Shown: positions 23,001-34,815 of the stretch, piece after piece
Numbering within the stretch: the first letter of the stretch is position 1
Layout of the letters: each line of letters starts with the position of its first letter
Source: Schizochytrium sp. TIO01
Lineage: Eukaryota > Protista > Bigyra: Labyrinthulomycetes
Length of the DNA stretch: 64,000 nt
Assembly: GCA_004764695.1 (NCBI GenBank)
Contig: SMSO01000035.1
Span: 3,918,040-3,982,039 of the forward strand
Reading direction: 5' to 3'
Translations under genes and position numbers: made by a program
The notes under the pieces: model-generated
Database searches by the model: none
Told to the model about the DNA's origin: nothing
Seen by the model: the letters and a program-made list of their open reading frames with translations, nothing else

Positions 23001-25219
23001 GCGTTACGCATGAACACCTTGGTCTTACCAAGCTGGTATTCCCCCTTGGGAAGAAGGCCCTTCTCCTGCAAGGCTGAGGCAAGAGATTTTGCATCTTTAG
23101 CGCGACCAGAAGATACCAAGCAGCTGTAAAGGCGAAAGAACTCCTTAAAAGGCTTGCGGATCGGGTAGCCAATCTTACGGATACGGCAAACTTCGAGCAG
23201 ACCGGCATAACGCAGCTGATCGAGCACAAGAGCACTGGTAAACTCATCACCGACTTTGGCGTCATTGGGTTTGACACAGCGAACAAAGTGCGGCTCGGTG
23301 GCGTTTAGAACCTTCATGAGGTCCGACAGCTGAGACTTGAACTTGGTACCAAGGGAAGCTGCCTTCTTTGAAGAGGTCTTCTTGGAAGAAGATACAAGCT
23401 TGGTGACAAACTTGATTTTGGAACTAGAGAGAAGGTCAGTAATATCTTCAGAAAGCTTGTCACGGTTCTTCTCAAGAAAAGCAGTCACATTGTACATGAC
23501 ATCACCGGCATAGTGAACAACAGTGAAGGACTCACGCTCGTGAGTGGTCTTCACACCGGGTCCTTGGAAGTTCGGGTGCTTGCTGTGCTCCTTGGTAAGC
23601 TTGGTGAGGAATCCTGTATCAGATCCACGAGGCACATTCATTTCTTCATCTAGAATTGCAAAGATACCAGTGCGTTTAGCCTCAAAAAGATCGAGTGTGG
23701 GCTGGTTATCTGCAAAGTCAATAGCGCTGACATCAATGCCTTCCATGCGGTATTCGTTTTGCTCAAGCTGGAAGATGTGCTCATTGAAGTGGAACTGAAG
23801 CTTCTCGTTACAGTAGTTGATGCATAGCTGCTCAAAAGAGTTGTATTGAAAAGACTCAAAACCGAAGATATCCAAAACGCCAATCAGGGACTTGCTGCCT
23901 TCGGGAACGTCCTCAAGTGTCTTGGTCTTTTTGGCAAGACTTTTGTTAATTCGCTTAATGAGCCATTCAAAGAGCTTTTGGTAAACTTCCTTGGCAAGGA
24001 CATCACGTGTATCAGTGGCCTTTTCAGGGTTGTTTGCTTTACTCATCACCTCACGGTTTGTGCGAATGTTTGTACAGCAGAGTGCGCGCTCGAGTGCTTC
24101 GGGCTCAACACCGAATTGGGCTGAGCAAAGCTCCAGGATATCGCGGTTTGACACCTTGGAGCCCTCTTCGAAAGAGGAGCCTCCAGGTACTAGCTCAATG
24201 TTACCAAGGTGAAGAATTGCAGCGAGTGTACGAAAGACATCATCTTGCTCACGGAGATCGATACCGATAGTTTCCATACTGTTGAGGACAGTTTCGAAGT
24301 CAGCCTCGTCAGAAATGCCGTCGGCTTCAATGACACCACTCTGGTTCAAATAATGGTATTCCTCAGGGTCCGAAAGACGGAACTTCTCACGGAACTCTGA
24401 GTCCATGGAGGCGCCAGCACAAATTTGGTAAAACACATGATAGTTGCGCTCGCCCTCAGCCTGAGCCACAACGCGAGACTTTTCCAGAAGATATTCTGTG
24501 ATGCTTCCGCCAACAACGCTACCCTTTCGATTATTGAGCGTAACGGCGATCCACTTGCCAAAACGTGAGGAGTTGTTGTTGCGGACAGTTTTGGCGTTAC
24601 CAAAGGCCTCCATCAACGGGTTACTCTGTAGGAGCTGAGCCTGGAGCGAGGCCTCTCCAACAGCTGCGTTGGTAGTCTTGGAGCTGGCGCCGCTGAGCTC
24701 GGCAAGCATTTGAAGGAAGATCTTGGTACACTCAGTCTTACCGGCACCACTTTCACCGGAGACAATGCACGATTGATCCTTGTTGCTTGCAATCATATTG
24801 CGAAACGCGTCACTAGCCACGGCGTACACATGTGGCGGGAGTTCGCGAACGTCTCCAGTTTTGTACTCCTCGAGAACCTCGGCAGTGTACAATGGAAGAA
24901 GTTTAAACGGGTTGACAGCAACTAGAATGGATCCTACCTGTGTATAAATTTCATCTCTAGAAAACCTGAGTCGTAAGTTGTGCAGAATGGACATTTCGTT
25001 GAGATCCTTAATTCCAACCATGTTATCAATACTTTCCAGAGACTGTTCATCCATACGCTGCAGCGCCTTGGTTTCCTTGGCTGTCAGCTTGATTGTATAT
25101 CCCTCGCGGTCTACCTTGCCTGCCTCTCCAGACTTGAAGCCCTCGATGACTTTCGCCGGCACGAACATGTCATCGGGATCGGGCAGCCACACCCACGTGC
25201 CGGGACCAAAGGACGTCAT
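20033..25219 (-). CDS. Unconventional myosin: N-terminal SH3-like, motor, IQ, helical repeats, MyTH4-FERM tail
   Basis: GESGAGKT P-loop, EAFGNAKTVRNNNSSRFGK, LDIFGFE, FVRCVKPN, IQ (LQAVARRFIAR), MyTH4 (DEIYIQLCKHLTNNP...AWQLM), FERM-like C-terminus; intronless 1728 aa. Confidence 0.95.
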   Translation of the reverse strand: MTSFGPGTWVWLPDPDDMFVPAKVIEGFKSGEAGKVDREGYTIKLTAKETKALQRMDEQSLESIDNMVGIKDLNEMSILHNLRLRFSRDEIYTQVGSILVAVNPFKLLPLYTAEVLEEYKTGDVRELPPHVYAVASDAFRNMIASNKDQSCIVSGESGAGKTECTKIFLQMLAELSGASSKTTNAAVGEASLQAQLLQSNPLMEAFGNAKTVRNNNSSRFGKWIAVTLNNRKGSVVGGSITEYLLEKSRVVAQAEGERNYHVFYQICAGASMDSEFREKFRLSDPEEYHYLNQSGVIEADGISDEADFETVLNSMETIGIDLREQDDVFRTLAAILHLGNIELVPGGSSFEEGSKVSNRDILELCSAQFGVEPEALERALCCTNIRTNREVMSKANNPEKATDTRDVLAKEVYQKLFEWLIKRINKSLAKKTKTLEDVPEGSKSLIGVLDIFGFESFQYNSFEQLCINYCNEKLQFHFNEHIFQLEQNEYRMEGIDVSAIDFADNQPTLDLFEAKRTGIFAILDEEMNVPRGSDTGFLTKLTKEHSKHPNFQGPGVKTTHERESFTVVHYAGDVMYNVTAFLEKNRDKLSEDITDLLSSSKIKFVTKLVSSSKKTSSKKAASLGTKFKSQLSDLMKVLNATEPHFVRCVKPNDAKVGDEFTSALVLDQLRYAGLLEVCRIRKIGYPIRKPFKEFFRLYSCLVSSGRAKDAKSLASALQEKGLLPKGEYQLGKTKVFMRNAPYNDLEAAREIALRQHAVLLQAVARRFIARCQYVKYIATLDQLRAGIKRRDYDLLKDGLEQAADLPNQGSTISVVQEAWDLKETLEEERRVLKLLNEALGKRDINALRTAVSASEQIDYSPPELDEARSLIKVIEEEKRCMEGLKDAIDERDLASITAALEKAKDLGLEDSKVARQALALKDRLEEEERIIAAVRSAIDAHDMDALKEAMDEADDMGIKHPEIQEGQDMIDKSLEEASAEEQEQIRAEKAKQQRDREERVDKIKDELREAAQEKDLDRIADLKTRVLELGVASNEINDLLSEANQLEDMDEITKELEANMNTLATITESQKGIQLEDIRHLTRAIKKATKMGMHEDTPVLQSAINLEQKCMEQIVVQKELTEAIASNKLDALKRALDHANDLDMTIEMVTRVKKMINDIENSRPRSERIPERDVNQDMDEEEFEEHRAKNVKQAQHERYQFRKFYRIRTDGDYVKGLYFNKKRVAELKLQYQKTVIPRSILELDKELNKTAINIHRSILGYCGEQLMSFPATLAQDVLIKGLELPDLVDEIYIQLCKHLTNNPKPESVGRAWQLMCMAVGTFPPSDDFKMYLLNFLLEHVHVGGLVGSYSRYALRRLDGMLIRGASGFVPNIDEILAYKERPPILATIELVDGTELTSDLPITPDLNVEKVLEICGHFLSLTDEREKFFGIWVVDGEDDEEDASPVYNSGYSAARAPHPDEPGPPSDEPPPPPLPSAVTSPMPPRTPRPLRNKDYMGDIVVALTRSRRSFRFVYKRKLFFGGNERPSTDMVFSRLMYLQAADMIIDGSIPVTKEPDVVTLTAMAIAADCEEFPATEQELLDESLMEYLPAPWRMRKPDSAWAKIILAARGKVAKRTLEDLQADYLGRVSKMPLWGHAFFYVRTHEEAADEILSVSYEGVHHLSLARVIINSWSFADIHRWGGSSTQFWLLVYDRNTNKKSKLQYVTQQARDISSLILDYAVLASDRAK

Positions 25220-25601
25220 CTTTCAATGAAATATCCCTCGCGAATTCTGCGCGTTTGCACAAACCTCAAGCCCACTGCGCTGCGATCTGTTGTTGCCACG
25301 GTTTCCTTCGCTCTTGTCTCTTCACTCCTTTGTCTTCAGCACGTGAAGAAAGTCAGCGAAGCACTACAAGTTTAGCCAATGAGGCGACGGATCAAACGTG
25401 CAAGTAGGCAGCAGGCGAGCAGGCCCACGTAGCCGGGTGACCGTGCGAGGATATCCCACGGCCCTCGCCGACCCTGAGAGCACCCGTCGAAGTCAACCAC
25501 CTCCTCCCGCGGACCGGACCGTCGGGCACGCGATGAGGGATCTGCAAACTGGGCGGTGTTCAATTCAGGCAATCAATCGATCACTCCACAAAGAAAAGAA
25601 A

Positions 25602-25700
25602 TAAACAAACAAACAAACAAACAAACAAACAAACAAAAGAAAGAAAAGAAAGAAAGCAAAGAAAGAAAGAAACAACAAAAGCAAAGAAAACGAGACAACA
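25602..25700. repeat. (AAAC)n and A-rich microsatellites in the myosin upstream region
   Basis: Direct reading. Confidence 0.9.
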
Positions 25701-26036
25701 AACGGAATCGATTGAACCGACCCAGGAGGGAGCGAGTCCCTTTCGGACCGCGTTAAAGCCCGGTGTTGCCTGCCTGCCTGCCTGGGGCCCAGAGGCGGCC
25801 TCGCCACGACGCACAGAGATAAGAGGAGGAGGAGGAGGAGGCGGCGAAGGAAGAGCGGTCTCGTTCTTGTACTGGACTTCCTTCCTTCCTGCGCAAGCAA
25901 GGAAGACACACAAAGACAAAGAACTTTAACAGCGAAGAAAGAGCTTTTCACTTTCCACTTTCCACTTTCCTTTCACGCGGCGATTCTTTTGTTCCTCATA
26001 GTTTTCCACAAAACTTGAAAGAGCCTGAAGAGTTTA

Positions 26037-26195
26037 GAATGAATGAATGAATGAATGAATGAGTGAATGAATGAATGGAAGTACAATGAAAATAAAGTGA
26101 AAATGAAAATGAAATAAAAATGAAAACGAAAATAAAAATGAAATGAGAATGACAATGAGAATGACAATGAGAATGGGAATGAGAATGAGAATGAA
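26037..26195. repeat. (GAAT)n followed by (GAAAAT/GAGAAT/GACAAT)n simple repeats
   Basis: Direct reading. Confidence 0.9.
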
Positions 26196-29100
26196 ATCAT
26201 GCCTGATTGCTGATCCGTCAATGAGTTTTAGGAATCGAGTTAGAAACCTGCTTGAGACTCGCTGGAATGCCATGGGCCTCCACAAACAGGCCCTTAAGGC
26301 GGCCTGCGATTGTCTCGACTCATCAGACCGCCTGCGAGGAATCAGCCAATTCAAGTATCCAGTATCCTAAACTTTCTCGCACCTGCAACAATTCTTTGAC
26401 ACTGAGCGGGAGTTTTTAATTTCCATTTCCTCTCTTTCTTTCAATCATCAATCTCTAAGTTTTTTATTCAACATTTGTCGTCATAAAAAGTTGATTTTTC
26501 GGCTCCCTCTTATGCGCCTTCTATCCGTAACTCTAGGAGGTGCAAAAACGGGATAAACCTGCGAAGAATCGACTGCGAAGGCAGCTACAAGAGAACTCGC
26601 GGAAGCATGCGCTGAGAACGCTCTTGTATCATGCCAAAACCACCGCAGACCCTCCGGCTTCTTCGTGCTGCCTATCTGCATCTATAGTCGCTCTATAAAA
26701 GCTAGCAGCATCGCAGATTACACTCCTCGAAGAAGACCTCATGCACAACATAGCACACGTAGGTACTTACTTACATACATACACACCCATCGAAAACCCT
26801 CCATCGCTACCATTTCCTAAGTACCTCCTAAGAAGCGGTGTTCCATAAAATAAATACGCACGTACACCTTTCCACAGAACAGAAAGATGAAAATGATAAA
26901 AAATTATGCTTTTCATACATACTGCCTACGATTAGAAGTAGTTTCTTACTCTTTAATGTAAAGTTTAAAACGTTTTATATTAGATAAATTAAATAATTTA
27001 AATAATTAAGTACAAAAATTAAGAAATATCAGTACTATCGCCATATAAAAAACCGAAAGACTCCTTCTGCTAAGGAAAAGTAAAAGGGGGAAAAGAAAGA
27101 TTGTCACGTGCACGCGCTCGCGCCCTCGCTCACGCGCCCGGCCTTCGGTTTCCTCGAGGCTGGGGCCCAGGCTGGGCTTTACAACTGCCCCTGCACCGAT
27201 TGCCGAAAGCGCCGATACTGAAATGCAGGCATTCCTCGGGACCCAGCCGCGGGTCTCGGCCTGAGCCACCAACGTCTTGGACTTCGCTGCGGAGGAAATT
27301 ATGGCAGGAGCCCAGCCGCTTTGGGGCACTGGCGATGTGTCCAGTGTGCCGCATAGACGACGGACAGCCAGGAGCGAAGTTTCATACTACACCTCTGCGT
27401 GCACACGTAATACGCATCAGTTGTTTGAGATGGTGTGCACACTGGGTATCATAGGGGGTCCGTGTGGAAGTCGGGGCTCAGTTTCTGTACCTTTGAGCAC
27501 TTTTTTTTTTAAAGGGACACTTTGAAAGCTTTCTTTTGATCAATTTTATTTATAATTGAATGACTGACTCAAATGAATAACAGTGAATAGTATAGTTCTG
27601 AGTAATAAATAATGAATAATGATGAACAATAAGGGGCTTGAAAGAAGGAAACTTCAAGTTTGCACGTGCCGAGGATGAACTATAAAAGCGTCTGTCTTTA
27701 GGTTGGAGCCAAGGTTTTCGTCGAGCTTAAGGTTGAGATTGAAGCTCCTCTTCGTCTTCGTCGCTCTCAGGTCATGTTAGGGTCTCGATGTCGAGGGTGG
27801 AAAGAAGCGATGGCGGCAAGAGCCTGTAGGTAGGTAGGTAAGGTAATCACGGTGGAGACCTCGAAGCTGCAACACGTGAATTGTGTTATTTGCTACCATG
27901 ATGCGCGGCAAATGTGACTTTGGCTTGCTGCTGTCAGCTCAAGTTTCTCGCGTTCGTCGATGACTCAGCAGATTTCCGGATTGCTCATGAAAATCATGCA
28001 AATGATGAGTGCAACTTTAAGGACAACAGGATGACGCCCCCCTCGCGTCGTGCGATTTTGAAGACTTGCGGAAAGCGAGTGAATTTTCATTCGCGGCGGT
28101 GGAATCTCTACCCAAGTTCGTGCCTGTTGTCTTATTTTGGTGCCTAGGAACTATCAAATCAAAATAGTCTTGAGATTTCTCCCAACTACACTAGTACTGG
28201 CTAGAAGAATACTCCGTTCGGCTCGATCGAACTTAAAGTCCCAGTAAAGTCCAGCTTCGCGCGTGCGGCGTGGTCTCACGAGGCTGCTAGTTGGTGAAGG
28301 CTTGGAAATGAGTAGAAGTCACAGGTTACAGCTCGCTTTGTTCTCGTTTGCAAGTTTCATGAAAAGGCTAAATTATATTGACAATTTTTTTAAATATTAT
28401 TGTTGCTGTTGCGGGGAGATTGAATAATGGCAACCTTCATAGTCCTCGCATTTCGAGTTGGCAAGTGATGGGCGTTACTTTCACATTGGCTTATAATCAA
28501 TCAATAGCATGTAGCACCGTGACGTGGTAAACTTTGGTTACTGTCCATGCCATCAGTAAAATAAGAATAAGAGAAGAGACGCGTGTTCCTTTCTTGTCGT
28601 ACCTACCTACCAAGCGATGGATGATTGTTTGCTGAGGAGTCCGACTGGCCAAAATCATACTTAATCATACAGAGATAAGTGCGGAATAATCAAAGAACGC
28701 TTGGTTTTCCTCAAGCTAGTATGTTGATGATCAGTTTAAGAGAGTGTCTGTTGCCTTTCCAGCACGCAAAATTAGACCAGAGTGCTACTGCACGTGCCAA
28801 TACATTTCTAAGGCGCTCTAGTTCGCATTCGAGCGCGCCACTGCTTGTGAGACTGTTGCTCTAAGACCACAGCATATAATTTGAGGTCTAGATGTTGAAA
28901 AGGTTCTTTACATCTTGCTTTTTGCTTGGGAACATGTTGAATAGAACTTGCACTATCATGCAAAGCTTACTAGAATAACTGAGTCTCGACGACGTCGCAG
29001 GTAGTTACTTCTTGCATTGAATATGCATCACAACACAGCTGAAGAGGCCAACAAGGTTCCGAACTTGGACAGAATGTTGAACCTTGCTTTTTTCATCATC

Positions 29101-30646
29101 CTGAAGGAACCCGAATGGTATGGACGATCGCTCGCCTCTATTGAAGGAACGATATTGCCAAGTAAAAGAATGCGTAGAGAGAGATAGTAGGTATCCTTTT
29201 AAAATTTCGAAAGAATGCAGGCTCCGGATTACATACTCCGGGCCAAGATTAATAAGAACACAATGAAGAGAGTAAAAGAGACGTTGCACTGACACGCGGC
29301 GCTACAAAACAATTCGCAATCGCGCCGACCTGTTGGAATTATGGGAGAGTTATTGGGAAATCAGTAACTCAATGTAGCAATTAGCACAAGTAGTACCATA
29401 GTAAGAACATCAATACACAGAGGTTTGCGTATGCCACATTGTTTTTTCGGTTCTATTCAAATTTAGAAGTGTTAGGTAGGTACCTATCATTTACACATCA
29501 TATGACATTACACGTAGACTAGCGCTCCCAAACCTTTTAGTCAAAATTTTATCCTACTCAAATCTTTCGTGAAATGGTTATATCCGCACGATAGTCTTAG
29601 TCAACACTTTAAAATGAGCATCCTGCCTCTCTTTGCCAGTTCTGTGTCCAATATAATTGCTGCACCCCACAAAAAGAAAGAGCGATCACTATCTTGTCAT
29701 AAGTAGATATTTGCGTCTCAACATGCTCTACCATTGCTATGTAAAACAAAACCACTCGCTTCGATGCAACCGTCTGCTTCTTGCTTGCCAAAAGCGCGTT
29801 GCATAAAGGATGCGATCTCGTCAACTAACTTGACAGCCGGCAGCTAAGAGAGTAACAATTGATGCTCCAATGAGTCTGTATAGCAAGGTGACAAAATCGG
29901 AATTAGGTGATTAGATTTTCCAAATGTAATTTCTAGACATAACTGGGAGCTGCAAAATCTAGTCGAACATTTTACGATGAAGACAATTCATGCACAGAAC
30001 CATGTTACTCTACAATTCAAGTCGTACATGACCGGGGTACAAGCCTATTCAAAGCTGGGCAAACCTCGCCCTCGCCGAATGAGATTGTGAGATGTATATA
30101 ATGCTTGAACAATGGGTCGGGCTGCAGATGCGACTAGTGCTTCAGCGCGCACCATGGAAACTTACACGTATATCACTCCTCCAAGTTTTCTAGCGGAAAT
30201 CGGCCTGAACGATTGTCCAAAGTCTGAGATTGCCCAAAGCAACAGCCAGATCCTTCTACCAACATACTCCCCAAGGCTTGTTACAAGTTCTATAGACATC
30301 TTGCCGCTGCACTAGACGGTGTGCAACACAACACTAAGGCGTTTTTATTGCAACCACTACGTATAGGCGTTCGACAACGCACAGTCTAATAATTCAAAGA
30401 CCAAAACAAGTATCTGCACAATTAAAGAGACGCTTCATCTGCTTTAGAACAGCTGGGCAAAGCAAGCGTGACGCTACTGACTGATTACGCACGCTGAACT
30501 AGGAAAAATATGTGCTCGTTGAATACACAACTTGACCGAAAAAATGAACGAACCGTGTCTGGTCATACAGTGTTGCCACTCCCCCCCCCCACCCCCCGGG
30601 TCTATGAATTTAGAGATAACATAGCAAGGACTATCTATGCCTGACT

Positions 30647-31957
30647 TTATTGGATTTTTGGTTTTGCATTAGACTTTGCGAAAGACAGTGGAGGCTGATC
30701 TGGAGGTCGCTTGCCGGAAGCTTTATTCATTAAAAGCCTTTTGGGGGGTTTCTCTTGAAGTTTGACAATCAAAACAATACGGCCCTGTTCATGATGGACT
30801 TCGTTTGCAAAGTCGTCAATAATTTTCTGAACTCGCTTCCAGTCTCCGCCTGCCAAACCACAGCCTATCAAATATGGAAATGCAATTACCTTCTGAGTTG
30901 TCTCTATTTTGACCCGCTTCAGACAATCCTCCAGCCATTTGTAACGCATCTCCTTTGTTTCAGATGTAGAGTTGCCCTGTCCTGGCCGATGTTGCGAATA
31001 TAGGTTGCAAACTGGCGGGCATACCTCAATCGTTCCGAGTTGATTCCATCCCTGTTCTTTAAATTTGTTCTTGCGCCGAGCATAAACATTGGAATGAGGA
31101 TATTTCCTAAAAATCAATTGAGCGATTCCACGTGCTCCTGTTGTCATTGTGTTGCACTGGTGGCAAATAAGACAATCCTTGTACTGATTGGGGATATCAA
31201 GTAAATCGCCAATGATTAGCTCAGCGTTGTAGCGTTTCTTAGCAACTGGCGGGGCATTCGCCTCTGCAGGTTCCGCACTGCTGTTCTTTACATCTTGGTT
31301 GCTTCTATCATCAGCAATCACTCCCGTTTCACCCAACGTAGGCTTTTCTTCCGTAGCTTCCGTAAGTTTTTCACTCCTTACCTCAACGGGTTGACCTCCA
31401 TCTGAATCATCATTTGAAGAAGGGGCTTGCGCAGTCTTGTCTTCTACGGTCTCATCAGATCTTACTTCATTTTGCATATTCTCAGCTGCACCGCCTTCGG
31501 GAGATATATGAGTCGGGTGAGAGCAGTCCGGCTGAAGTATTACAGGAGAGTCTTTGCTCTGAGATGGCCCATGGTGCGTATCTTCAGGTAAGTCTTTTCC
31601 CGAAACCTCAACTACGTCTCCGCTCTTCGAGTCTTCAGAATTTGGCAATACTTTCTGGAAACCCGTTCCTTCAGTATTGCCATTTGAAGGGTCAAGCTTT
31701 CTCAACGAAGAGGAAGACGGTGACGACGACGGTAACGACGACGGTAACGACGACGACGACGACGACGAAGATGAAGAAGTCTTCGGAATCATTTCGGTTC
31801 CGTTGTTCTCCTTATCAAACTTCGGATTGTCAGAGTCCCGTGTTCTCGTCAAACCCACGAGCTCATCGTGCTCGTGAGCACGATTTTTGCCGGGTTCCTG
31901 CGCCAGTACTGGAGCTTCTCGGACTTGGTCGACTCCAGCAGCCAAATCCCTGGGCAT
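30647..31957 (-). CDS. Macrodomain protein (TARG1/OARD1/DarG-like ADP-ribosyl hydrolase fold) with a long disordered N-terminus
   Basis: IIGDLLD...ICHQCN...GARGIAQLIFRKYP...IAFPYLIGCGLAGGDWKRVQKII; first ATG at 31957 (MPRDL). Confidence 0.85.
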   Translation of the reverse strand: MPRDLAAGVDQVREAPVLAQEPGKNRAHEHDELVGLTRTRDSDNPKFDKENNGTEMIPKTSSSSSSSSSSLPSSLPSSSPSSSSLRKLDPSNGNTEGTGFQKVLPNSEDSKSGDVVEVSGKDLPEDTHHGPSQSKDSPVILQPDCSHPTHISPEGGAAENMQNEVRSDETVEDKTAQAPSSNDDSDGGQPVEVRSEKLTEATEEKPTLGETGVIADDRSNQDVKNSSAEPAEANAPPVAKKRYNAELIIGDLLDIPNQYKDCLICHQCNTMTTGARGIAQLIFRKYPHSNVYARRKNKFKEQGWNQLGTIEVCPPVCNLYSQHRPGQGNSTSETKEMRYKWLEDCLKRVKIETTQKVIAFPYLIGCGLAGGDWKRVQKIIDDFANEVHHEQGRIVLIVKLQEKPPKRLLMNKASGKRPPDQPPLSFAKSNAKPKIQ

Positions 31958-33209
31958 CTTCCCTCGTGGATTACAACGCTGCTCACGTGGCGACGTCGAG
32001 GGGACGCGAAGCCTCGAGGATTCTGTGTTTGTTTGGGATTGCTGCAGAGAAGAAGAAAGGTAGTTATACAAAGCCTTAGGACTGTCATAAGAGCCCACAA
32101 TGTACCTAATAAAATGATAAAGAGGAGGATCCAATAAAAGGATTTTTATTTATGTTATTTATCTATTTATTTATTTCATAAAAATTAGAAAGAATGATAT
32201 ACCTGAGATTGACTCAAGAAAAAAACAACAGCAAGATTGCATGATAAATTGCTGGATGGCATTATTTAAAAAAAGTAATGATTTCACACGAGTCGCTTTA
32301 TCAATGCTGGATTTTGTTATTCAGATTGCGCTTTTGCAAGCACCGACGACAAAACATTTGAAATCACTCAAATATACAAAGAAAGGTATGTGCAATCTCA
32401 GATGTAAAAAACCGCAAACGTGCCTGTTCGAAGAAAAGGACCGCAAAACTTCTCACATGGTCCACCATTTAGTGAAGCTGATACTCCTTTTGATTAAAAA
32501 CACAAACCAAGTGATCGTTGGAGCTCAACCTATCAGCACTATTCGCAAAGATATCAAACAACTTCTCCCAATTAATAAAAAAAAGCAAAGATTTGGAGAG
32601 AGATAATGATCAGCTTTCGTCCGTTTGATCCCATTGCGCTCTATGCATGTACATTTTAAAATGTCAATCGAAAGTTGAGAGGTTCATACAAGTCGTGAAA
32701 TAACCTCCAAACTTTTGCATGAATACCTAGCAATTAAGTAGATCCTAAGATTAATCACTGAGTCGTCACTTTTCTGGAGAATGGCCGTTCGCCGCTTTAA
32801 ATGATTCGTTTACTGAAACTACTTAATCTACGTTTTGGGGTCTACAACAAATAACAGCGATTCTAGGAAATTTTAGTTAAGTTGTTTCAAAGCTGCTATG
32901 GTTAATACAGTGGACCGTGTTTTGCTTGGTTAAAACAAGTTTGGCTGAGTGGAGACGAACAACTCGGAATGAAATCATATATGCAGGTAGCTTGGAGAGA
33001 AAACTGATGGGAGGTATAAAAAGTATAAACCCGTATATATTCAAGTTTGTAAAACCCACAACAGCAACCTCAAATGCGGAAGTTCCCTAAACCCGAAGGA
33101 GCATGTAAAGAGATATGGAAAAGGGATAAAATAGGAATTGTTTCATGGATGCTTACATAGGGGAGATGTGATACAAGGTTCAGCAGATTGAAGGATATTA
33201 GAGCTTCAT

Positions 33210-34034
33210 TTAGGCTACAAGTGATGGGCATTCCCAGCACAAGTGTCCTGTAAGACCACATTCGCGGCACATTTTCTCAGGCGATTTACTCGTATCCTTT
33301 GGCGAGAGAAGACCTTGCTCATAAGCTGACACAAGACGCTCTTCGAAGCAAAGCCCGCTCCTTGGGCCATATTTAAGGCTCCGATCAAAGTCCTTGGGAA
33401 GTACATAGCTGTCAAGCACATATTGCGTGACTTTGCAGTTGTTTGGGTTCTCGTTGAAAATCTCTCTTGGGCTCCGTCCGTATTCCTTTTGTAAAGTATC
33501 CTCCGAAACACCCTGAGGCTCATAATGTACGGTCAGAAACGTAGCATAAGGTAGCGAGCCCCGCTTCAATTCAGTCTCCTCCACAGTTTTGAGTGTCTTG
33601 CGATACGGAAATGATTCCACAGCCTTTTTTATTTCCTCTGGGCTCTTATTCTCCCTCCTTGAGTCAGCCCCAGGCCACACTTGATTCACGCTACTGTCCG
33701 TTCCAGATTCTGCAAGGTCTACGATATCATCTTCATCGTCACTGCGTACCTTCTGGTTCTGCTCCAGCTTCAGTTTCTTGTCCTTCTGTTGTTGCTGTTG
33801 TTGCTGCTGCTTAAAATGACTTTCAATATCATCTCGCGCCTCCTTGTAGTCCTCCAAAGGCTTACGCAGAAGCGGAATGCTCTGCTGCTCTGCGTCCACA
33901 CCGTGCGCTGGTTTGACCTGTTCCGCGCGTCGCTTCTTGCGAGCTTGGAACATGTCCATTATATTGCCGGAGCCGCTTGAGTTCGAGGCCATCTTGCCGC
34001 TAGCGGCCTTGCCACGAGCTTGAGTCTTCGCCAT
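33210..34034 (-). CDS. Protein with a PIP-box-like N-terminus, a DNA polymerase delta subunit 4 (p12/Cdm1)-like motif and a C-terminal CCHC zinc knuckle
   Basis: ATG 34034 (MAKTQ); NIMDMFQARKKR PIP-degron-like; DFDRSLKYGPRSGLCFEERLVSAYEQGLLSP resembles the p12 core FD...YGP.xG.TR.ER...A...GL.P; CRECGLTGHLCWEC is CX2CX4HX4C. Confidence 0.6.
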   Translation of the reverse strand: MAKTQARGKAASGKMASNSSGSGNIMDMFQARKKRRAEQVKPAHGVDAEQQSIPLLRKPLEDYKEARDDIESHFKQQQQQQQQKDKKLKLEQNQKVRSDDEDDIVDLAESGTDSSVNQVWPGADSRRENKSPEEIKKAVESFPYRKTLKTVEETELKRGSLPYATFLTVHYEPQGVSEDTLQKEYGRSPREIFNENPNNCKVTQYVLDSYVLPKDFDRSLKYGPRSGLCFEERLVSAYEQGLLSPKDTSKSPEKMCRECGLTGHLCWECPSLVA

Positions 34035-34815
34035 CCCCACCACAGGTATGGCCCGCTTGGGGGCGGCTGCTCGCTTTGAAGCACAACGGAAAGTCCACGC
34101 GATCCGGGTTTGCCTAGGTCGATTGTGCTTTCCATTCTATCTCGCATCATCTCCATAGATAACTCGTATGAGGTTCATAATTGCACCTCTGCCCTTTAGG
34201 TCCATTAAGAGTGTCATAGGGAACAACTAGGAGCAGTAATCCTAAGAATAGTATGTATGCCCCTCTCGCTGCGGTTTCACGTTTTCTTCATTGTTTGGGG
34301 ATCTTGGACCATGGTGAGAAATTGCAGAAGAGGCCTCAGCGAGAATGAAAATTTATGGAAATGAATTGGTTTGAAGATGATCATACAATATGACGATGTT
34401 AGGGTTTGCGAAATGGAGATGTTGCAGAAATAAACTGAGAGTAGGTTTTTGAGGCTTTGGGAAGACACAAACTGAACGGAACTCCGAGATGTTTGGCACA
34501 AAAGGCATATCTTTACCTTCAGAAAAAATCCTTAGCTGGATGCGTTGCAAGATGGAACATTGTGGGCTAAAGAAAGATTATTACCACCGAAGCCATGAGC
34601 ATAGTGCTTTGTGACTGGGCAGATGTAAAAGTAAATGTGAGAGTCACTTGAAAGTAAAGTTATGACTTTGAAGGTCTACTTGACACTCGTCAACTAGAGA
34701 CTATTCGTAGTAAAAGCTCAAGCAAAAATATATAAGATCTCTTTGATTATATGGGACAATTGGGATCTGGGACCTAGACATTAAAACGCAGATCATAGGT
34801 GAGGAGTGGGTGACA

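Noticed and set aside
25700-30600. About 5 kb without a convincing gene; short ORFs and several CACGTG boxes
   Set aside because: ORFs lack recognisable motifs or codon bias; the CACGTG count is not clearly above chance; treated as myosin upstream/intergenic DNA
30580-30600. Poly-C/G tract (possible G-quadruplex) in the macrodomain gene 3' region
   Set aside because: Simple homopolymer with no supporting evidence of function
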